A stretch of DNA of 64,000 nt from Octopus sinensis. Taxonomy: Eukaryota. Position 1 is the first letter of the stretch. Each line of letters starts with the position of its first letter. Under the pieces are notes generated by a model. It was not told the DNA's origin. It ran no database searches and saw only the letters and a list, made by a program, of their open reading frames with translations. The translations under genes and the position numbers were made by a program. Location of the stretch: assembly GCF_006345805.1 (NCBI RefSeq), contig NC_042997.1, forward strand, positions 105,462,001 to 105,526,000. Reading direction: 5' to 3'. Below are positions 52,735 through 64,000 of this stretch, in pieces.

Positions 52735-54667
52735 ACGTAGAGGATTGGATTCAAAATATCAAACAGTACTCGCACTACGCACCATTTCAAATTACGGAAA
52801 TCCAGGATATGATTGTCACATTAAGTGACAATCATATATATCAGCAGTTGTGAATACAAGCTTATAATTTCCATGTGATTACAACCGTTTCGTAATCTTC
52901 TCAATGTGATACTACTAATTCCAAATTAATATGTATGCATGCATGCCTGCATGTATGTATGTATGTATGTATGTATGTATGTATGTATGTATGTATGTAT
53001 GGATGGATGGATGGATGAATGGATTGATGGATGGATTGATGGATGGATGGATGCATGCATGCATGCATACATGTATGTATGTATGTATGTATGTATCGAT
53101 AATACTGAAAAGCCCCCCTGGAACTCTTCTGACGATGTACTAACGTCAACATATCTAGTGTTTATTCTAGCACTATGTACTTTAACCTCAACTATGTGAG
53201 CAACGATGGCTACTTTATTTATTTATTTATTTATTTATTGCGTGGACACGATATCTCTCAGCCCTAAACAGCTGTTTATATTTGCTTGATGCATGCGTTA
53301 ATTAGTAAAAGTTCGACTTTTACAGATAAAATTGAATGGTACGTTAAACATTGAAACTTACTATTATTTAATATTAATCAAAAGAGACAAAAGAAAGAAA
53401 TATGAGGAAAGGAAACTATTATATATGCACATCTGAATTGTGTCCTTATTTAGGATGTTGAAAATATTCTAAATTGCTCGACTGGTTAAGATATAAATAT
53501 AAAAATTAATAGTGATATATATCAATAAATTCTATACATGTGCCTCGAATTACGCATCTGTATTCATATAAAATTCAGTGCTTTTATTTCATCATTATGG
53601 TTTTGCGTTCATTCATTCTTGTTCCAAACTAATTGAATATATAAAGTACAGTTATATACATACTTCCCATTCATTTTCAGATTGGATATTACTAGTCTTA
53701 AGTCTTACACACACACATATATATATATGTGTGTTCAATATATATTCCTGTCATCTATCTTCCACTGGTTTAAGATTAAGACGAATGCCTAATTGGTTCC
53801 AAAATATTTCTATTTTACCTAAAACAATAAACAAAAAGGATGATACAATATATATCAAAATGTACAACATTCCAGGCGAATGTATACAGATAAATGTACA
53901 CATATACAATCGAAATAGAAAAAAATTATTGATAGTTTTCATAATTGGAGTATTTCTTTTTTATTGAAAGTAAAATGAAAGAAATGAAGCTTTGTCACAG
54001 CTGAAAATACATCAAGAATCGTATTAAAAAATACGAAGAACATTAAAAAACATTGTAAAAAATATCTAAATAAAATATATCATTGGTTATTTTCTCCGAG
54101 ATTGATGGGGATGAAGAAAAGAAAAAGATATCTTAAAACCAAAAAACGAAGTTTGCAGCAGGAATGTAAAAATGATGAGAAAAATAAAAAAATAATTACT
54201 TATATTTTGATATTTCGAAAAATAGCAGTCATCAATTGACATTTATGATTTGCAAGCTCAAACCAGATAAGCTAACGATTTAGTTTAAAACAAATGTTTC
54301 CATTCTTTTTTATCTGTTTATGTTCATACTTATCTGTGAGGTAATATTTTCTTTAAAAAATGTGTATGTATAAATATATATGTGTGTGTGTGTATGTGTG
54401 TGTGCGTATATATATATCATGCCAAATATTGGATGTTTTGTAAAGAAATACGTTATTTAAATATATATTTCTTAATAGCAATCTGTTTACTGAACGAGTT
54501 TAAGTGTTACAGATTGTATGTACACACCAAACTATGTATGCGTAGACTCACGTTCACAGACTCATACATCACCCATACCTATACATATATATTTTTTATT
54601 TTTGTATATATATGTGTGTATGTATGTATGTGTGTGTGCATATGTGTGGTTGTGGCTGTGGGTGTGC

Positions 54668-54703
<36 letters not shown>

Positions 54704-54829
54704 CAGGAAGGTTTACGGAAATAAACAAAAGACGAAGGCAGGTGGAGTACAAACAAACAAATGTATTAGTATGGCGCTCTTTTACGTTTCGAACCCACGC
54801 TCTTCGACAGAAAGATACACAGAACAAAA

Positions 54830-54945
54830 AACAAGGAGAGAAACGAGGAGAGAAAAAAAAGGAGAGAAGAAAAGGAGAGAAACAAGGAGAGAAAAAAGGA
54901 GAGAAAAAGGGAGAGAAAAAAGGAGAGAAAAAAGGAGGGAAAAAT
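54830..54945. repeat. ~12-bp purine minisatellite (aaaaaaggagag)n
   Basis: About 9 imperfect units read directly. Confidence 0.85.
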
Positions 54946-54955
54946 TTGTGTATAT

Positions 54956-55001
<46 letters not shown>

Positions 55002-55366
55002 CATATTACATATACAGAGGCTCTTCTAGATGTCTGACATGTTAGGTTCCTTCTACGAGCTTACGAAACTAAGTTGCATGGAGCTGAGTTAAACTATCAT
55101 GAAATAGTACATGTAGGTACAGTGTTGAGTGCCACTGTCTTACATTTCCTCTCTCTCTCTCTCTCCCTCCTTCTCTCTCCCCTTTCTCTCTCTTTCTGTA
55201 TATATAAGGATAGATAGATAAATAGATAATGTGTGTGTATCTGTGTAAGCGTACAAAGAAATACGTATATATTGAGGCAAAATTCGAACGAGAGCGCCAG
55301 CTGGCCTCCATTTCAGATATATTCATTATAGCTCAACATTATAAATTAATCAATTGCTTAAAAATG

Positions 55367-55424
<58 letters not shown>

Positions 55425-56845
55425 ACACATACACATACACACACACGCACACTTACACACGCACTTATGTGTCGTCTGCTTTTTTTTATTTGAATAGATA
55501 GTTACAAAAAGTTTACTTGTCCACGCACTTATACGTTCTGATATGATATATTTCTAAACTCATCCAATTATAACATAAAAATTATTTTAAAAATTATGAA
55601 TATCTTGTATTTCTTTATTTTTTTTTTCAGTTTGTCGCCAATATTATTTATTTTATCCAATTGCCTCTTCCCAACTCACCCTTTCGTTTTCTGCATTAAA
55701 TCTAGCACCTGCATTCATGTACACACACACACACACTTATATGGTGACAGACGCTTTCTGAAGTATATATACTTTTGCGATTCATTTTCCTTTCTTCTTA
55801 AAGAAGTAATTCCTCCCTGCTTTAGGGTCTAAGGTACTAGTAAGATTTATATTGCTGACCTGTAAGTCTCCTAGATACATGGCAGCACTTTGCGTCTTTC
55901 TGTTACGGCCTGATTTGCTAATGTGCCATATTACAATGACTGACTAGCAGGCACGGTTACATGGTAGGCACCAGAGAATGTTTGTGCCTTCAAGTAATTA
56001 ACCAGTCCAGTACGAGAGCGCAGAATACTACAACGTTCAGAGTCTTAGATTGTGCACGTCGCAGACTGCACGAAATAACTTTGTGCGGAAAATAGTTTCA
56101 GCTTTTATTTTTCTTCACCGTCATAAATTTGGTGCTTATTTGTTGCCAGTTCTTCCTTTTGTTCCAAATTCCGATTCCCGTAAGTTTTACGTAAGATTTC
56201 ACAAAATCTTTAACTTGATTTATATGCTTGGTTTTGGGAATATTTTTAGTCTTCTTAATTTCTGACAAAAAAAACATACTTAAGGAACAATAGTTTTGTT
56301 TGATAGGTATGAGTTATCCAAATATCAATAATGCAAACCAGTTCTCTCTCTATCTTCCAGGGATAATTCTAATAGATAAGAAGACTGAATGCATTACGCA
56401 TATTTCCATATGTAAACATACAAAAATATACACTTAGATGCATAAAAACATGCATGCACACACATTTTGCATACATCAGAGGATTTGTTTTTAAAATGAG
56501 ACTGGCAGTGGATTTAGGGCAACTGACTATCAATATTCTCATTGAAGTGTCTATACTATCAAATACTATCGTCCTACTTTCAATTTCAAAGGTGGTCGTC
56601 GTTGACCGAGTTTTAATGAGCCTTTACATGGCAGAAAAATGTCAATATGTACTCTTGCCCATTGTAGTTATTTCAGTTGCTACGAGTGGACAATGGAATC
56701 AATTACCTTTCTGCAATCTCACAAGGTTCCTGCGCGGTTCTTTTACTTCGGAAAACACACACGTAAGCACCCACACCCACCTACATACAAACAGAAACAC
56801 ACACATACACACACACAAATACATATACAAATAAATACATACATA

Positions 56846-57590
56846 CATCATAAGCAGTTGTCCGAAAATGTCATCACGGTATTATCTACCAACGAGACAT
56901 AATCTTGTAGCTAGGACACTTTATAATGAAATCCGACGGAAGGATAAAGAAATAAGAACCAACACCCATAATAAAAAGCAGTTCCAGTGGAATGTCCCAG
57001 TGAAGACCTCAATAATGAAGACCTCAACAGACCTGGTATAATGATTTAGGATAGAGAAGAGAAACTGTGCACACTTGTGGAAATCATCTGCCCAGCGGAT
57101 GTTAACATAAAGCTGAAGATCAGTGAAAAAGAGAATATCTACACTGAACTATTGAAAAATCTGCAGTTACTCTATCCAGATTACAAGTTCAGGTTTATAC
57201 ATGTAATCATTGGGGCCCTGGGATATGTAACACTCTGCTTAAATACTACTCTTGAGAAATTAGGCTTCTCAAAACCAGAAAGGAGAAAGCTAATTCGAAG
57301 ATTACAGATTCAATCCATCACTGAAACTGCAAAACTTTGTAAAAGTTTCCAGAAGGTTATTTAAATATATATGAGCATGTCTAACTATATGCATGAGAAT
57401 GCGGACATTAAGCAAAACATACAAATCTGCACATATACATACATACATACATACATACATACATACATACATACAAAAATACCCTGTTGTTGTTGAAATT
57501 CCAAGGAAGGAGCCTTGGATCTCGGTTAGAAAACGCCTCTATCTTTCTCTATTGGCAAGAAATCTTGAAATAAAACTGAACAATGACATA
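56846..57590 (+). mobile_element. RLE-LINE 3' fragment inserted in (TACA)n
   Basis: 'IISSCPKMSSRYYLPTRHNLVARTLY', 'RP....REEKLCTLVEIICPAD', 'VIIGALGYV'; the 3' UTR ends 'aataaaactgaacaatga' followed by (CATA)n; the 5' junction is also in (TACA)n. Confidence 0.85.
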
Positions 57591-57812
57591 CATACATATA
57601 TACATACAGTCATACATACTTATATGCATGGAACAGAAAATTAAGGTATATAATAGCTGTCAGCTGCCTGTGTTGGGAACGCTTTTGCTCACATCAACGT
57701 GAGAAAATAATGAAGTACCTAAATTTATACAGTTTCGCTATCCCGATTTTAGATTTATCGGTGCACTAATAACCATGACACAATGTTTTCTGTTAAGTAA
57801 CTAAATGGTAAT

Positions 57813-58026
57813 ATTCTTTTTATTAGCACAATGCCTAAACTTCTGGGGGAGAGAGCTAGTCGATTACAACGACTCCAGTGCTCAATTGATATTTACTTCA
57901 TCGATCCACAAATGTTGAAAGACGAAGTCGACTTTCAATGAATTTGAACTCAGAACGTAAAAACGAACGAAATGTGGTGAAGCATCTTTTCTGGAGTGCT
58001 GGTAATTTTGGCAGATCACTGCCTTA
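57813..58026 (-). mobile_element. SINE (family of 60395)
   Basis: 'gtcgattacaacgactccag...gttgaaagacgaagtcgac...atttgaactcagaacgta'. Confidence 0.8.
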
Positions 58027-58193
58027 GTCTAATTAGTAATATTGCAAAGCTTGATTTAAAAGCAACGAAAGTGACCAGGTGACATGCACATTACGAATAA
58101 AATCTTCAAAATTACATGCAAAACCTCAGTGAAAATTTTGAAGACTTTAAGAAGATAGTGTAAGTAAAAACATATACTAAATACTTACAACTA

Positions 58194-58242
<49 letters not shown>

Positions 58243-58700
58243 ATATATATATATATATATATATATTGCGTGTATTAAACATTGACGACTATTTTGTAGC
58301 AATGTTTCTTTTTATTCCTTCTTGCCTTCCTTCTTTCTTATACTGTCTATATATTTATCTCTGTTTCGTAGCTTAATTATGGTAAAAAATTCAAGAAAAT
58401 CTCGAGCGATTCAGATACAAGTAAGAAAGGAAAAGAAAATAACCAATGGTGAGACTAAAAGAAATTACAGTTAACTAACAATTTAGTATGTATAATTTAT
58501 GTTTTCTTGTTGGCATGTATGCATGTGTACATAGAAGCATGGTATATTTTAATGTGAACATTTACACATTCGTATTCAGGTACCTTTTTGTGCATAAATA
58601 TTCACACTCACTCGCACTCTGCCTGTCTGTCTCTCCCTCTCTCTCCCTGATACAAACACACACACAAACACACCAGACACACACACATATACACACATCC

Positions 58701-58790
<90 letters not shown>

Positions 58791-59452
58791 GGTGCATTTG
58801 TGTAAGAGAAGGATGAAAGGGGAATAGAACAGTGTAAGTGATTGTGTGTGTTTGTGTGTGTGTGTGTGCGCATGTAATTGTATATCTTTGTACGGACATG
58901 CGCATGTATGTGTGCAAGCGGTTATTTTTTTTAATTGATCACTGTGGTTGGGATTTTGTGAAAGTAGGTCTTGACGTACAAATACTATGAACTCAATTCC
59001 TAAGAGTCCTCGTAGGTGTGATACGAACATAGGAATTTCCTTTGCATACGCAAGCTCCACACGGGTAATGAATGAAGCATTTGCTTTCGTATGATTGATG
59101 ACTGCGGTTCACAAATCGCGCCATCCGTCGCCTAAGTATTTTTGCCGCAATAGATGTTGGTTAAACGTTAATTGCATAAGACATTGTTTAAATATTGCTT
59201 CATGCAAATAATTTTGCTTTCTTTAGAAGCAATTTTTGTAGTCCTTATTCAGCAGACCTTGGAATCAAACATTATAAATCTTTGTCTGTAAGGTTGATTC
59301 TATTGTACGGATTCGACCATTTTGAGAAGCACTTCAACTTCTTAAATAAAATCTTTATCTTTCAGGATATAAGTACCTCGTGATTGCTTTTCTTATTTAT
59401 TTTTTGTATCGTTTTTGTGACAGATGTTGATTTTCCTTCAAATAAATATATG

Positions 59453-59633
59453 CATTATTTACATTTGACGGATAATTGCCCTCATCTTGTTTCTTGTTAA
59501 TACAACGTTTCGGCTGATATACCCTCTAGGCTTCATCAGGTGTCTTGGGGAAAATTTCGAACCTGGGTTCTCATTAAACGTTGATTTAATAAAAAATAAG
59601 AAGAGGATAAATATCCGTCAAATGTAAATAATG
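59453..59633. mobile_element. Penelope-type inverted terminal with a hammerhead-like motif
   Basis: Perfect 22-bp inverted repeat 59453-59474/59612-59633 encloses the minus-strand motif at 59500-59543. Confidence 0.65.
59500..59543 (-). ncRNA. Minimal type I hammerhead (core intact, stems partly mutated)
   Basis: acac-CUGAUGA-agccuagaggguauaucagcc-GAAA-cg-UU-guau: palindromic stem III (aacguu), stem I acac/guau with one mismatch, weak stem II. Confidence 0.55.
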
Positions 59634-59823
59634 TAGATAATGTACATAATTCTTCATCTCCAATGAGATGTTAACCAATCCCTTACCTGCTGTGATATTT
59701 GCAAAAGTCTTTTTCCCACCGATAACTCCGTTTTTGTAAGATTTTTCGTGATTGTTCCTTTCACTGTAGTGAGGAAGACTTTACTCCTTTCTCTCGCCTT
59801 CTTTCTGCTTTTCTTGACTCTTC

Positions 59824-59824
<1 letters not shown>

Positions 59825-59854
<30 letters not shown>

Positions 59855-59985
59855 CTTCTTCTTCTTCTTCTTCTTCTTCTTCTTCTTCTTCTTCTTCTTC
59901 TTCTTCTTCTTCTTCTTCTTCTTCTTCTTCTTCTTCTTCTTCTTCTTCTTCTTCTTCTACTACTACTACTTCTTCTTCTTCTTCC
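59825..59985. repeat. Long (TTC)n microsatellite, ~50 units, with a short (TAC)n insert
   Basis: Direct reading; explains the poly-F and poly-E ORFs. Confidence 0.95.
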
Positions 59986-60309
59986 TGTTGTCTACTACCA
60001 ATCATGGTGGGGAGGACTGAGAAGTCTTCATGCAATTTGCCGTACCACCTTCCTTCCTCACACCCACTTTTCGTCACCATCAATGTTTACTTTCTTCGAA
60101 ACAAATTTTCGAAGAAACTTGAAAACAAAAATGTTTGTGTCACAACACCACCACCCAAATGGTGGGTTGGTTAACAAACGTCAGCCCCCACCTCTTTAAG
60201 GGTAGTTGGCTTGCAAAACGATTTAAACAAAATACAGTATAGATCTTTTTATAGAAGTAAATTACTCATAAACTTACAGCGCTCCAAAAACACACCTCCA
60301 GTTATGGCG

Positions 60310-60389
<80 letters not shown>

Positions 60390-60394
60390 AAGAA

Positions 60395-60760
60395 GGCGGC
60401 GAGCTGGCTGAAGCGTTAGCACGCCGGGCGAAATGCTTAGTGGTATTTCGTCTGCCGTTACGTTCTGAGTTCAAATTCCGCCGAGGTTGACTTTGCCTTT
60501 CATCCTTTCGGAGTCGATTAAATAAGTACCAGTTACGCACTGAGGTCGATATAATCGACTTAATCCGTCTGTCTGTCCTTGTTTGTCTCCACTGTGTTTA
60601 ACCCCTTGTGGATAGTAAAGAAATAGGTATTTCGTCTGTCTTTACGTTCTGATTTCAAATTTTGGATTCGATAAATTAAGTACCAGTTGCGTACTGAGGT
60701 AGATCTAATCGACTGGTCCCCTTCCCAAGCATTTTAGGCCGTGTGCCTAGAGTATAAAAA
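60395..60760 (+). mobile_element. Dimeric tRNA-derived SINE
   Basis: Head 'ggcggcgagctggctgaagcgttagc', B-box-like 'gagttcaaattcc', core 'gcctttcatcctttcggagtcgattaaataagtaccag', linker, then a second partial monomer from 'gtatttcgtctgtctttacgttctga'; follows (TAA)n. Confidence 0.9.
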
Positions 60761-60904
60761 GAATAATGAGAAGAATCGGTGATGCATGAAACGCTGTGAT
60801 TGTCATTACCAATATTTTTATTAGCTGCAAAAGCAGCAGCAGGGGCAGAAGTACAGATGACAGCAGCAGCACCACCACCACCACCAGTAGTAATAATCGT
60901 AGTG

Positions 60905-60960
<56 letters not shown>

Positions 60961-61364
60961 CTCTACTTCTTTTGTTGTTACTTTCGCAACAAATTTCCTG
61001 CCTCAGTATTTTGTACTACTTCAACCCTCGTCACTATTTCATGGCGTTCAAGCTGTTACGATTCTTTATTCTTTATCGTTTCATTTATAATAAACTACTA
61101 AATTAAGCGCGTCATCTTCCTACTTGTGACGGTTGGGTGTGAGTGAAGGAAAGTTGGTTTCTATTTCTAAGAACATGTACATGTTACTGCTGTTGTTGAT
61201 GGCATGATATTGGCGTTTCTGATTTTCTGTTGCGGTCAACTTTTTGAGTAAGATTTCATGAATCATGTAACAGTTTAGATTGATTATGTTATTATTGACA
61301 TAGGAAAATCTCAATTGCTAACCTAAAAATCACCTTTCTTCCAACTAATCTCCACACCACCAGC

Positions 61365-61448
<84 letters not shown>

Positions 61449-62769
61449 TTGACCGAGGTTACCGTGGTCTTTTCTGTAGGTTTTTCTTTCCACGGATAAA
61501 CCTTATCTGTTTCTCCCTTTACACTTTACACCATGACATTTCTGTGATCGTTTTTTTTTTTCTATGATCCCTTTCGATCGAAAACCTACCCTTCTTGTCT
61601 GTCTGTCTACTTACCTATCTGTCGATCTCTTATTATCATTCTGTTCTTATTTCTGACTAACTACTTTTATATCCACCTATCCCAGTGTCACTCTACCTAT
61701 CTACATGCACATGTACATAACGATGTATCTCTCTGTCTTTCTCTCTCTCTCTCTCTTTCTGTCTGTCTGTCTCGCTCTCTCTTTCTGTCTGTCTGCCTCT
61801 GTCTCTGTCTCTATCTGTCTGTATCTCTCTCTCTCTCCCTCCCCCTACCTCTGTCGACATGTTTAAAGATACTGCGGCGTAGATATATATATATGTAGAT
61901 AGACAGCTATTTACCGCTATCTTTTGTTTGTGTCTGTCTATACTTTCTTTCTATATACGTGTGTGTGTGTCTGTCTTTAAACAAATCAGTCCTTGTTGTG
62001 TGCGTTGTTTTGTGCACGTGTATGCCCATGTGCATACGTGTGCGTGAATACCAAATTAGTCTATAAATCTTCTGTCCCATCACTCTCTCTTTTTCGTTTT
62101 CTTTCTCTTTTCTTTTGTCGTCCAACATCCTTTTTTTTTGTTTTCGTTTTTATTTCTACATCACATTTTGAAAAATACACGAAGTTGCATGGTTATCGTA
62201 AACAGAAGATTTAGATTCCCAATAATTAGCCAGACTCACGTTTCAGATCAAGCAACAATTAAACTAAAACATGTTTTCTTCTTAACAGGACACATCATTA
62301 CAGAATCCTTGGAAACATTTTAAAGCATTCGCAACTATTTTTACATTTCTTACACCAAACATGCTTTGTCTTGTGATTGCTTAATGTCTTCGGTGGAAAT
62401 GCCGTTCTTTTACGCATCGGTGACTGCTAAATTGTAATGCTTTGTACGTGATCAGAAGGAAACAATGGAAACATATCCCCATACTAACTCGCTAAAAATA
62501 AATGGAATTTATTATATGATATTGAAACAATTACAAGCACGGACAGAACATAATATGTGATGTTGTGAAGACTAGATCAGAATTCTAGACACGGAAACAT
62601 TAGGGAAAACTTTCGAATTTTCTATTTACTAATTTTATTTATTTATTTATTTAATACATAATTCTATTTATTTTCTTTCTATTTGTAAATATTGACGTAA
62701 ATATGGCTTTATAGATAGAAAACCGATGAGACAAATTTATGTATAACACTTGTGTGTATTTATGTGTTT

Positions 62770-63040
62770 TGACCCCAGTGCGTAACTGGTACTTATTTAA
62801 TCGACCCCGAAAGGATGAAAGGCAAAGTCAACCTCCGCGGAATTTGAACTCAGAACGTAACGGCAGATGAAATACTGCTAAGCATAACAATAATAGTAAT
62901 ATTAATTAACTTTGTTTTATCGAACCCTAAACAAAGGAAGGCGAAGTTGGCCCCGGCGAAATTTGAACTCAGTACCAGAAGAAATACTGCTAATCATTTC
63001 GTCCGGTGCGATGACGACTCTGTCAGCTCGCAACCTTAAT
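62770..63040 (-). mobile_element. Two adjacent SINE fragments (family of 60395)
   Basis: 'atcgaccccgaaaggatgaaaggcaaagtcaacc..atttgaactcag' at ~62800-62855 and a more diverged copy at ~62920-63040. Confidence 0.8.
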
Positions 63041-63520
63041 GGTATCTAGGACAAAAATCCTTGGTAATTTTCCCAAATGGAGAAAAAATAGAATTTTGCA
63101 TAATTGACTAAAAGACCTGCCTTACTACAAGCAGCTATGTCTTACAATTGCACATTAAAATATTTTGTGTTTTTCCTTCTTACATTTTTCTCTCTACAAC
63201 CTTATGTACGACCATTTGTTTCTTAAATGCAATTTATTCTTGAGTTCATTGTTCATCTTTTAAATTATTTTTTTAAACGATTTCAGTTTGCTTACGTTTT
63301 CATTGTTAAAGCATTTTCTATAAAGCTCCGATCTCGTAAAAGACAAATTTATTGCATTCCTAATAGACATGTCGGAAAATCAAATGAAAAATCAATGTAG
63401 AATGCTTCATCTCTTGGAGATTGTTTCTCAGATCGCAGAACTTTTATATGTGTGTATGTGTGTGTGTGTCTATGTGTGTGTGTGTGTGTGTGCGGGCGCA
63501 CTTAAATAGATAGGTATAAT

Positions 63521-63562
<42 letters not shown>

Positions 63563-63817
63563 ACTGAGTGTTGGCCGAAAGCCTGATTGTGCTGAAGCTA
63601 CATTTATTCGAAGAGAAACAAGAAACTATACGTCAGTGAGTTACTTCATGAACCGCTCCACCGATTTATCGAAAGGCGATTGTTTCCGTTTCGATTCCTG
63701 GCTGTAATTCAAATTGTTGAAACGTCTTCCCCAACCCGTTTATGTTTCAATTACAAATTCCCACTAAACTGTTAGTATTTTTGCCGCAAAGTGTGTAATA
63801 CACTTATGCATATCTCA

Positions 63818-63856
<39 letters not shown>

Positions 63857-64000
63857 CGAGGTATAGATAGTAACTGCACGACAATGTGAGGTATATTTAC
63901 CGTCTCAATATGGCTAACCACTAAGGATGGATGTTACTGTAGCTTGTAGCCCCAGGAGAACTTCTCCTCCAGCTGGGTATAGGCACACTTTCTGTGCTCT

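Noticed and set aside
62555-62605. GTGAAGA-ctag...ctag..GAAA motif
   Set aside because: The core is mutated, spacing is off, and stems I and III are absent.

Overview
AT-rich, microsatellite-dense eukaryotic DNA with no confidently identifiable host gene, rRNA, tRNA gene or CRISPR array. Most entries in the ORF track are translations of (TA)n/(CA)n/(TACA)n/(TAA)n/(GAA)n tracts. The SINE families and repeat landscape look cephalopod, probably Octopus (inference from recalled repeat consensus, no database search). Recognisable content is mobile-element derived: Penelope-like elements (RT/GIY-YIG fragments, inverted terminal repeats, minimal hammerhead ribozymes), a nest of R4/Dong-type RLE LINEs in (TAA)n at 40.0-44.9 kb with a 1510-bp tandem duplication, a second RLE LINE in (TACA)n, pogo/Tigger, mariner (D34D) and maT (D37D) remnants, several tRNA-derived SINE families, Tx1/L1 and Gypsy scraps, and a possible old nad4L-nad4 NUMT. 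The most unusual locus is 19.3-21.9 kb. A pol-less zinc-knuckle (gag/ORF1-only) element has both ends joined to the same nucleotide of a tRNA-SINE head in inverted orientation, and it lies just downstream of a palindrome with a complete type I hammerhead in one arm.
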